A stretch of 64,000 bases of DNA. It comes from Macrostomum hystrix. Taxonomy: Eukaryota; Animalia; Platyhelminthes. Under the pieces are notes generated by a model that ran no database searches, was not told where the DNA came from, and worked only from the letters and a program-made list of their open reading frames with translations. Of the stretch, positions 27,363 to 37,841 are shown piece by piece (position 1 is the stretch's first letter; each line of letters begins with the position of its first letter). Position numbers and translations under genes: made by a program. The stretch spans positions 4,588,001 to 4,652,000 of the forward strand of contig CATNEN010000001.1 in assembly GCA_950097015.1 (NCBI GenBank), read 5' to 3'.

Positions 27363-27559
27363 CACAGTAGCTTCCCGCTCGATGCTTTTTTATTGTGTCT
27401 TCTATGGGCGCTGTGATTTTTTGGGGATATTTTTGACCGCTTAGAGTGTCTAACGGGATTTATTAAACTGATTAGAAATGAGAGATTTGTGGGATCGATT
27501 TTTAGGATATTAATCCCTGGCTATGAATTGGGAGATTTTGGGATATCTATAACTCGCTA

Positions 27560-28245
27560 TTGAATGGGAGATTTCTGGGATATCTACAACTGACTGTGGA
27601 ATGGGAGATTTCTGGGATATCTACAACTGACTGTGGAATGGGAGATTTCTGGGATATCTACAACTGACTGTGGAATGGGAGATCTCTGGGATATCTACAA
27701 CTGACTGTGGAATGGGAGATTTCTGGGATATCTACAACTGACTGTGGAATGGGAGATTTCTGGGATATCTACAACTGACTGTGGAATGGGAGATTTCTGG
27801 GATATCTACAACTGACTGTGGAATGGGAGATCTCTGGGATATCTACAACTGACTGTGGAATGGGAGATTTCTGGGATATCTACAACTGACTGTGGAATGG
27901 GAGATTTCTGGGATATCTACAACTGACTGTGGGATGGGAGATTTCTGGGATATCTACAACTGACTGTGGAATGGGAGATTTCTGGGATATCTACAACTGA
28001 CTGTGGAATGGGAGATTTCTGAGATATCTACAACTGACTGTGGAATGGGAGATTTCTGAGATATCTACAACTGACTGTGGAATGGGAGATTTCTGAGATA
28101 TCTACAACTGACTGTGGAATGGGAGATTTCTGAGATATCTACAACTGACTGTGGAATTGGAGATTTCTGGGATATCTACAACTGACTGTGGAATGGGAGA
28201 TCTCTGGGATATCTACAACTGACTGTGGAATGGGATATTTTGGGA
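27560..28245. repeat. 37-bp minisatellite downstream of HBS1L
   Basis: Unit ctgggatatctacaactgactgtggaatgggagattt. Confidence 0.95.
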
Positions 28246-28710
28246 TTCGCATAACTGGCTTAGGTTTATGGGATTAGCTATAGTATTAAGAGTCTGATTG
28301 TCACACTCTTCTGTGCCTGCGCATCTGATGCAGTTTTTTGTCTTCTAATTTTGTTGCGTATTTTTGCGTAATGCTATTTATAAACGCTTTCATGATCATT
28401 AAATACCGTTAAATTAGTTTGCCGATAACTTGTCAGGATTAAAACATTATCCCATGCGTCCACTATATTTCCCCAACCCCACAAAATATGTAAAATTTCA
28501 GCTTCTTAATTAAGGGTCCAATTATCATATCCCTGTCTAGTCAACTTTGGTTGTTTACACAGGGTTTAAACGGTGTCTTGTATTTCCAATGCCCAATTTA
28601 CGTGAATTTTCTGAATTCACCCATTATATTCTACCAATCGCTATGGAAATCCAGAATACAGACAAAAAATCTGCTCTATCCAATGAAACAACTTTCAGAA
28701 TCCGCAAATG

Positions 28711-29163
28711 AATGAGGCTCAGAATGAGGTGGTGAGTGAAGGGCTGAAGGCTCAGAATGAGGTGGTGAGTGAAGGGCTGAAGGCTCAGAATGAGGTGGTG
28801 AGTGAAGGGCTGAAGGCTCAGAATGAGGTGGTGAGTGAAGGGCTGAAGGCTCAGAATGAGGTGGTGAGTGAAGGGCTGAAGGCTCAGAATGAGGTGGTGG
28901 GTGAAGGGCTGAAGGCAAAGAATGAGGTGGTGAGTGAAGGGCTGAAGGCTCAGAATGAGGTGGTGAGTGAAGGGCTGAAGGCTCAGAATGAGGTGGTGAG
29001 TGAAGGGCTGAAGGCAAAGAATGAGGTGGTGGGTGAAGGGCTGAAGGCAAAGAATGAGGTGGTGGGTTTAGAAGGCTAACTGAAGATTTTTTAAACGTCA
29101 CCAAATAATTCATTTGAATTCCATCACAAAACCGGCCTTAAAAAGTAGGCCATAAACTCGCAA
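28711..29163 (-). pseudogene. Truncated duplicate of the 3' end of the F-type lectin gene (last ~12 codons, 3' flank and 33-bp minisatellite)
   Basis: Near-identical to 33746-34122 (offset 4959 bp). Encodes CEFMAYFLRPVL* versus CEFVAYFLRPVL*. Similarity stops abruptly at 29163. Confidence 0.8.
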
Positions 29164-29467
29164 TGTCATCGTCGATATATTCAACGATTCTCGTGGGGGT
29201 GTAAGGTAGCAAAAGCTACCAGTATAGGTATATTTAGTTGTTCTTATCACCAGGGTCTTTGACAAGTCGCTGGATATCTCGACGATGCTGACTAGGACGG
29301 CTTTTGGAAGTTAGTTCATTGTGAAGGGCGGAAAATGTTGTTCCACGTGATGGACTGTCACGAAAATCGGTCATTCGGTTTGGGAGCTATCGGGAAGGAG
29401 CAGTGGGTATTTGAAATTCCCGCGTGTGGTCTTTCCCCGGGGGAAAATAGGGTAGAAAATAGGGGTA

Positions 29468-30042
29468 CGAGGGTTGTGTCATGAATTCGCTGACAACTGC
29501 AGATATCAAGGAAAGAAAACAAAGAACAGCTAATTGTTAACATTGCACTTCTCAACATAGTCACCCCCAAGCTGCACACATTTGTGCCATCTCTCTGGCA
29601 GCTTGCTGATGCCCTGGGCGAAGCTGCACACGCTAGATGTTGTCACTGGAAGTGGATGACCGCGGTGCACCTGGGCGGGGAGCATCATCAACTGTTTCCC
29701 AGCCGTCCTCAAAGCGCTGCACCCACTTTGACACAGTTTGTTTCGAAGGTGCATCCTCGCTAAAGATTTGCAGCAGCTCACGGTAAATATCAGCCTGCTT
29801 CTTCTGCTTCTTCCACAAAGACCAAATGACAGTGCGCTTGGTAGCTTCACTTTTCTCCATACTGGCTAAAAGGGTGGTTTGAACCCCACTCGATTTCTGC
29901 CTTGTCTCAAAAGCCAGAGGGAAGATTTTCCATAGACAATAAGATCGATGGTGCCTTCGTCTGTATAAAAAAAATCTGCCCCAAAGTACAAAAGAAACAG
30001 ACGCTATGTAAGTTTGTCAGCCAATTTATGACACAACCCTCG
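29468..30042 (-). mobile_element. Internally deleted mariner (Tc1/mariner) transposon
   Basis: TA TSDs (29466-67, 30043-44); TIR cgagggttgtgtcat...ctgacaa. Retains the transposase N-terminal HTH (ADIYRELLQIFSEDAPSKQTVSKWVQRFEDGWETVDDAPRPGAP) and the C-terminus (GISKLPERWHKCVQLGGDYVEK). The catalytic domain is absent. Confidence 0.92.
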
Positions 30043-31246
30043 TATTTCTACTGTTAAACGACCGGTGTGAGTGGTGTTTTGGCGGCTTATCAAAGTGCTA
30101 GGTGTGAGGAGATGCTAATTATAAAAACGTAGGTGCGATGAGCTTGCGGCCTCGTCTTATCAAAATACCAGGTGTGAAAGTGTGATGGCAGCGGCCAATC
30201 AAACGGCTAGGTGTTAAAGTCTTTAAAGTTAGGCGGTGGCTTATTGAAAAGAACAGGTGCGACAGTGGCTGTCAGAATTAAGAAAACCTAATGTGGTGTT
30301 TTCTTTAATTTTGCATACTTTTCTCATTCTCCCTTAAAATATTAGAATGCCAAAATAAAATAGTCGCGTTTGTTTGATTTTTTGTCAGTCAGGTGCCTCG
30401 CTCACATTCTTGTCAAGGCGGGCCTTGTAATTTTTGATGCTACCTAAATATATGAATAGTGCCAGTTGAAAAATGACTGCGAGAAGCTTGATATATTTTG
30501 GTCTAGGGTTTTTTCTGTTTAACTAGCTGAATTGTGTTTTTTAGACCCATTGTGCTTGCTTGACTACTTACAGTACTGTTTTGTTTTTTTGTTTGTTTTT
30601 AGATGCAAGAAGCGAAGTGGCAAATCGCATTAACAATTTGTTGAGTTTCTTCCGGTGAATGGATAATTTGACAGTTTCTGGGGGCCACTTGAGGTTATAT
30701 TTTGCTTTTGTTCCATCGTTAATCTTCTGCGCAATCTGTTATTTTGTTATAAAAAATTGCTTGAACTTGTTATTTTTTAATGCAAATAACACGATTCGTA
30801 AAATATAAACTACGACAGCATTGTTCTGCTGCAATTATTTATAAGAAAGTTTTTATTCGTGTGTGCTTGTAGCTTGATTTTATAGAGATAAGAACATCTT
30901 TGATTGAAATAATGCAGAAATCCTGTGTGTAGTACGAGTTTTTTTTATTGAAAACTTACAGCAGTGACACCCTATCCACTCCCCTGACAGCCCTTTCGTC
31001 TCACCTGACCCTGCCGACACCCATGACACCTTTAAGACTCATTACTATCGACTCACTTGACACCTTACCTTACCAAATCACCTGACACAGTTTGCGACTC
31101 ACCTGACATTGTTTGCTACCACCTGACACCCCTGCTGATCCACCTGAATCCCTAAAAGCTTGAGTTGAGAAGCACTTTTGCCTTGAACGTGTAGTTTCTA
31201 AATTGAAAAAGCGATGTCTAAAGCTATATGAACAAAAGTATTTCAG

Positions 31247-32272
31247 TCTGCCACATCAAAAGCTGCAACAGCCGCTGTTGGCGGCACTACCTCCTGGTAC
31301 CAGACGGTGCTGACTGTGTCAGGCAAATCGCGCGGATGTCACTACATCACAGATTTGATCAAGGCTGTGCCAGAGATTGGCAGAATGCGAATGGGCACTG
31401 TGAATTTTTTGCGTAAGTGTGCTGTTCCCAATCTCTGAGAATGACCCACAACCTCATGGAGAATCACCCAATGCGTCACTAAAAGTCGCTCACTATACCT
31501 ACACAATTACCTACAAATGTTTTTACATTTTCAGTTCAGCACACCTCCGCCAGTCTTTGCTTAAATGAGGTGAGTTTATTCTGTAGCAAACTTCGAAACT
31601 GTTTTCTCCCTAGTAATCGAAATCCAACATTTTCCCTTTCTAGTCCTGGGACGCATCTGTGAAGTGAGTTTCTATTATAATTTTTTTTTTATTCATATTT
31701 TTCTAGTTTTTGTTTTTCTTCTCAACTTCCAGAACAGACTTGGAGATGATATTAAATCGACTTGTTCCGGAGGTAAATATAATTATGAGTATGAAGCTTG
31801 TCGTTTCATTTGTTATTTAATGATTGGCTAGCTTTAGGTGGGTGGACTTCTATCGGGAATGGGGTGGTTGGCTTTAGTTTTTTGACACCCACCCCACGCC
31901 AGCCGTCTTAGCCAGCTAATCCGCGAAGTTCAAGTAAAAACGGAGCTGTTTTGCCAAGTCAGAATAATTAGATCTTGTGTCAATTTCCACTCATTAAGGA
32001 CAAGCACTATCAGCACTCGTGTGAAGGCCCAGACGACATGCCTGCTCACGCTAAAGCAGCTATTCTAGGCTGCAGTCTAACAATACCTATTAGCAATGGC
32101 CAGTTGTGTCTGGGCACTTGGCAGGGCATCTGGCTTTGCGAGCATCGCAATAACAAAAGTGAGTGTTCCTATAAAATAGCAGAGCCTCATAATGCAAAGA
32201 CTGAGAATCTCAATCATCTACATTTCAGGTTCCAGAAACATTGTTGTGACCATCAACGGCGTAGAAAAGTGA
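31247..32272 (+). CDS. YjbQ/UPF0047 family protein, 6 exons; no genomic ATG at the N-terminus
   Basis: Exons 31247-31412, 31535-31569, 31644-31663, 31733-31772, 31999-32158 and 32229-32272 join in frame: [21 protein letters not shown]...[23 protein letters not shown]...[21 protein letters not shown]...[13 protein letters not shown], all family-diagnostic. Confidence 0.9.
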
Positions 32273-32486
32273 TGACATTAGAATAGAGTGGAAATAATCA
32301 GTTTATTCGCCTGAATTGTCGCGCTTACAAGCTTTTTCATCTCCAACGGCAGTAAAAAAAAATTTTGCGATTCGCTTCATATTATGTTAGCATCAGGCGA
32401 GTTTAACTTTTATTAGCTGAAAACTGCCAGCAACATTTTTACTACTTTTTGTTTTCGTTTCTGTCATTTTTATAAAGAAAGTTAGT

Positions 32487-34026
32487 TGAAGGCACGGAGT
32501 GAGGTGGTGGGTGAAGGCACGGAGTGAGGTGGTGGGCGAAGGCACAGAGTGAGGAGGTGGGTGAAGGCACAGAGTGAGGTGGTGGGCGAAGGCACAGAGT
32601 GAGGAGGTGGGTGAAGGCACAGAGTGAGGAGGTGGGTGAAGGCACAGAGTGAGGAGGTGGGTGAAGGCACAGAGTGAGGAGGTGGGTGAAGGCACAGAGT
32701 GAGGAGGTGGGTGAAGGCACAGAGTGAGGAGGTGGGTGAAGGCACAGAGTGAGGAGGTGGGTGAAGGCACAGAGTGAGGAGGTGGGTGAAGGCACAGAGT
32801 GAGGAGGTGGGTGAAGGCACAGAGTGAGGAGGTGGGTGAAGGCACAGAGTGAGGAGGTGGGTGAAGGCACAGAGTGAGGAGGTGGGTGAAGGCACAGAGT
32901 GAGGAGGTGGGTGAAGGCACAGAGTGAGGAGGTGGGTGAAGGCACAGAGTGAGGAGGTGGGTGAAGGCACAGAGTGAGGAGGTGGGTGAAGGCACAGAGT
33001 GAGGAGGTGGGTGAAGGCACAGAGTGAGGAGGTGGGTGAAGGCACAGAGTGAGGTGGTGGGTGAAGGCACAGAGTGAGGAGGTGGGTGAAGGCACAGAGT
33101 GAGGAGGTGGGTGAAGGCACAGAGTGAGGAGGTGGGTGAAGGCACAGAGTGAGGTGGTGGGTGAAGGCACAGAGTGAGGAGGTGGGTGAAGGCACAGAGT
33201 GAGGAGGTGGGTGAAGGCACAGAGTGAGGAGGTGGGTGAAGGCACAGAGTGAGGAGGTGGGTGAAGGCACAGAGTGAGGAGGTGGGTGAAGGCACAGAGT
33301 GAGGAGGTGGGTGAAGGCACAGAGTGAGGAGGTGGGTGAAGGCACAGAGTGAGGAGGTGGGTGAAGGCACAGAGTGAGGAGGTGGGTGAAGGCACAGAGT
33401 GAGGAGGTGGGTGAAGGCACAGAGTGAGGAGGTGGGTGAAGGCACAGAGTGAGGTGGTGGGTGAAGGCACAGAGTGAGGTGGTGGGTGAAGGCACAGAGT
33501 GAGGAGGTGGGTGAAGGCACAGAGTGAGGAGGTGGGTGAAGGCACAGAGTGAGGAGGTGGGTGAAGGAACAGAGTGAGGAGGTGGGTGAAGGCACAGAGT
33601 GAGGAGGTGGGTGAAGGCACAGAGTGTGGTGGTGGGTGAAGGCACAGAGTGAGGTGGTGGGTGAAGGCACAGAGTGAGGAGGTGGGTGAAGGCACAGAGT
33701 GAGGAGGTGGGTGAAGGCACAGAGTGAGGTGGTGGGTGAAGGCACAGAATGAGGTGGTAGGTAAAGGGCTGAAGTCTCAGAATGAGGTGGTGAGTGAAGG
33801 GCTGAAAGCAAAGAATGAGGTGGTGGGTGAAGGGTTGAAGGCACAGAATGAGGTGGTGAGTGAAGGGCTGAAGGCTCAGAATGAGGTAGTGAGTGAAGGG
33901 CTGAAGGCTCAGAATGAGGTAGTGGGTGAAGGGCTGAAGGCTCAGAATGAGGTAGTGGGTGAAGGGCTGAAGGCACAGAATGAGGTGGTAGGTAAAGGGC
34001 TGAAGGCAAAGAATGAGGTGGTGGGT
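32487..34026. repeat. 25-bp minisatellite grading into a related 33-bp unit
   Basis: gaaggcacagagtgaggaggtgggt to ~33740, then gaaggctcagaatgaggtggtgagtgaagggct. Confidence 0.95.
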
Positions 34027-34082
34027 TTAGAAGGCTAACTGAAGATTTTTTAAACGTCACCAAATAATTCATTTGAATTCCA

Positions 34083-35571
34083 TCACAAAACCGGCCTTAA
34101 AAAGTAGGCCACAAACTCGCAAATAGTGATTGGAATCGCATTGGCTCTAGCTGTAACCCTAATCCGGCTGCCGAACGCAAAGCAGGTGAAATTGGCCACA
34201 GAGAATGGTGTGATCAGATTGACCCGATTGCACTCTAAGCCGTCAATCAGCAGTGAGAACTGGTTGAGTCGCTCCGAGCAGCAGTCCTGCCTATTGTAGA
34301 TGGTGACGTGGCTGACTAGCGCCGGTCGGTACAGAATCGCCTCCCACCATTGTTTCACGTCGAGTTTCGTGTGAGAACAGGAGCCCCTGTTGTAGATTTG
34401 ATTGGCGATTCCGTCGATAGCCAGGGAGCAAACTGAGGCCCTGGAGTAGGCTGAGCTCTGTTGGCAGCTGGCAATGTCCAGCCTACCCGACTCTGTCGTG
34501 TTAGTGCGGAGTGCAAGTGGAATCTTTCGAGTGTCTAATATAGTGCTTTACTAAACTGTTGGATCTCGCGGCACACAGTTTTCTGGCCTTTTTAAGCTCT
34601 CCACCCTGTTGTATATCTCCTGTGGAATCTCATGTCTACCGTGTCTTAATTACTTATTAATTAATTAATCTTAATTGTCTCTCCCCTTTTTCGTCTCTCA
34701 CCTGTCTCATCTCTCCCTGTCTTATCTCTTCCGTGTCTCATCTCTCCCTGTCTTTACTCTCCCCTGTCTAATCTCTCCCTGTCTCATCTCTCCCTGTCTT
34801 ATCTCTCCCTGTCTCATCTCTCCCTGTCTTATCTCTCCCCTGTCTAATCTCTCCCTGTCTCATCTCTCCCTGTCTTATCTCTCCCCTGTCTTATCTCCAC
34901 TGTCTCATCACTCCCCTGTCTTATTTCTCCCCTGTCTCATCTCTCCCTGTCTCATCTCTCCCTGTCTTATCTCTCCCGTCTTATTTCTCCCGTCTCATCT
35001 CTGCATGTTTTATCTCTCCCCTGCCCCATCTCTTCCCTGCTTTATCTCTCCCGTGTCTTATCTTTCTTGTGCTTATCTCTCCCAGTGTCTCATCTCTCTC
35101 GTCTTTTTTCCTCCTTCGTATCAATCTCATATATTTTCGCTCCCCTGTTTCATTCATATTTAATTACATACTTATCTACAATAGCAGCTGAGGTAAAAAA
35201 AATTACAAAACAAACCCACCAAAGTTATCCTGCTTCACAAAGACAGCGCCGTTGAATCCATCGGCGACACAGAATGGCTCGTTGAAGGCTGTCCTATTGA
35301 ACAGTCTGCAGGTCAGATCCTGACGCCAGTTGAAGCCGAAGCAGGTCATGTTAATCGCCCTTATCGCATTCAGGCATATTATTGAGCAGTCCAATGCAGA
35401 ACGTATCGCAGTCAGTGACCGATAGTGACAAGGCATTATCAGGGCACTCTCAATTGCTAATTTGAAAGTGCTCCGGTTGTGGCACTTTTGCTGAACTCCA
35501 GACGGGCAGGTGCCAAATTTTGTCACTGTCAGCAGCAGCAATTGCAGATTGAGCACAGTTTTAGAACGCAT
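34083..35571 (-). CDS. Secreted PAN/Apple-like + F-type (fucose-binding) lectin, 2 exons, ~267 aa
   Basis: Exons 35571-35220 and 34534-34083 (phase 1). Hydrophobic N-terminus. PAN-like SALDCSIIC...CFGFNW...CRL. FTL domain CQQSS...LAIDG...CSHT...WW...NRQDCCSER with exact H-X26-RXD-X4-R spacing. Confidence 0.85.
34676..35150. repeat. 15-16 bp CT-rich minisatellite in lectin intron
   Basis: Unit tctcatctctccc(c)tg. Confidence 0.9.
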
Positions 35572-35993
35572 CTTTATTCTTCAAAATCAGATTTTTTATT
35601 TTTCAGCGGCACTAAGATCAAATGATTTTTCTGTGCCGTATCTTAGCTAAATATGCACACGTGATACAGTATATGTTTACTCTAATTATTTTATACACGC
35701 TATAGGCCTGTTTGCACTCGGTGTACAATCAATCAACTTTTATTGGATAAAAAAGGCAAATATCAATCGACAAGAAAAGTAGAATACTCGTTCGTTCCGC
35801 ACGAACACGTGAAATTATAGTTCTAGAAGGTCTACCCGATTGTCAACTATTAATGTGGACTGCGTGAATAATTCACATCTAGCTGTGTTTGCTGTGTCTA
35901 TACGGCTTTAATTTCATAACAGCCAAAAATGACTTGCATTTATCACTCTGATGCGTTAAGCCGCATCCGTACAATATACTTCTGAACAAAAGT

Positions 35994-36590
35994 CTCGTCT
36001 ATCCCGTGTCTCGTCTCTCCCATATCCCGTCTCTTCCGTGTCTCATCTCTCCGGTGTCTCTCATCTCTCCCGTGTCTCATCTCTTCCGTGTCTCATCTCT
36101 TCCGTGTCTCATCTCTCCCGTGTCTCATCTCTCCCGTGTCTCATCTCTTCCGTGTCTCATCTCTCCCGTGTCTCATCTCTCCCGTGTCTCATCTCTCCCG
36201 TGTCTCAACTCTCCCGTGTCTCATCTCTCCTCTGTCTCATCTCTCCCGTGTCTCATCTCTTCCGTGTCTCATCTCTCCCGTGTCTCAACTCTCCCGTGTC
36301 TCATCTCTCCTCTGTCTCATCTCTTTCCTGTCTCATCTCTCTCGTGTCTCATCTCTCCCCTGTCTCATCTCTCCCCTGTCTCATCTCTCCCGTGTCTCAT
36401 ATCTTCCGTGTCTCATCTCTCCCGTGTCCTTATCTCTCCCGTGTCTCATCTCTCCCTTGTGTCATCTCTCTCCTGTCTCATCTCTCCCGTGTCTCATCTC
36501 TCTCCTGTCTCATCTCTCCCGTGTCTCATCTCTCCCCTGTCTCATCTCTTCCGTGTCTCATCTCTCCCGTGTCTCATCTCATCTCTCTAA
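35994..36590. repeat. 16-bp CT-rich minisatellite
   Basis: Unit gtgtctcatctctccc. Confidence 0.9.
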
Positions 36591-36664
36591 ATTATCGTGA
36601 CGTCGATTTGGCAACTTTATGTATGTTTTTTGCATTCCGCACTGCCAGCGAGGATGCCATTTTG

Positions 36665-36885
36665 AACATTCTGCTGACCGTTAAGAAGCTCACACTCACA
36701 CAGGTGTGTGCATCTGCCCCTGACTTACTCATGTTCAGGCAGTGTTTACTCTCACTGGAGCTTGGCCCTCAGAGGCGTAAGTTGTACGAAAATTCACCAA
36801 GCCTTCTCTCCTCGAAAGCGCCCTAAAATGAATGCGGCCTCACCAAGGTCCCGGGATTCGAGCTCAGGGACCTTGGTGCGTTACC
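36665..36885 (-). mobile_element. SINE family B copy in reverse orientation
   Basis: Reverse complement matches the family B body (cacaggtgtgtgcatctgccc...gccttctctcc...gcctcacc...ttcgagctcagggaccttggtgcg). Confidence 0.7.
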
Positions 36886-37367
36886 GGTCAAAAATGGAAT
36901 TCGTTCGTAAGGAGAACTAATAAAGAACGGTGGTAATTTTTAATTAAAGAACACTACTTATTTAGTGCAGAACAGGGAACAATTTTTGTTTATTTTTATT
37001 CCCAAAATTAATCAAAGCTAGATTTCATTGGCAAGATATAAATAAAATAAAATTTTTTGTATAGTTAGGATTGAAATTTGGGCTTGTATGAGAACTATAG
37101 AAAAAATAATTGGGGCAAGAGAATGGAAAATAAATAAGAATGAGAAAATAGAGGTGAGGAAAACATTAATTAAAATGGCGGTTTGTACTAAGTATGAATT
37201 ATTGCGAAGAGCTTACTAAGCTTACAACCAGCATTTTTTGCGAGAAAGCTAACAATAGTACAATGGTGAAAACAAAAAACATAAATAAAGCTTCTGATTG
37301 GTTGCGCCATTGCCAATTTAATCTGGAAATATTTGATTGGCTAGGTCAATCAGATTTTTTTTATGTG

Positions 37368-37688
37368 CACAGATCTGATTGGTTGGATCATTAACCTTAG
37401 TTATGGACAGATCTGATTGGTTGGTTCATTACCCTTAGTTATGGACAGATCTGATTGGTTGGGTCATTACCTTAGTTATGAACAGATCTGATTGGTTGGG
37501 TCATTACCCTTAGTTATGGACAGATCTGATTGGTTGGGTCATTACCTTAGTTATGGACAGATCTGATTGGTTGGGTCATTACCTTAGTTATGGACAGATC
37601 TGATTGGTTGGGTCATTACCTTAGTTATGGACAGATCTGATTGGTTGGGTCATTACCTTAGTTATGGACAGATCTGATTGGTTGGGTC
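37368..37688. repeat. 37-38 bp minisatellite containing ATTGG (CCAAT)
   Basis: Unit acagatctgattggttgggtcattaccttagttatgg. Confidence 0.9.
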
Positions 37689-37841
37689 GTTTCCAACCAC
37701 TCGTGACAGTTTTGATTAACTAAGCCTTTCAGTTACATAAAGCATTTAAATAAAAAACTTCCGAAACAAAAAGTTAAACAAGAAACAAAAAAAGCGGAAA
37801 ATTCGTGACAAAGATGTCCCTGGATCCTGCGAGCGTTAATT

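Noticed and set aside
29530-29860. Functional mariner transposase
   Set aside because: The catalytic domain is deleted and the N- and C-terminal remnants are in different frames.
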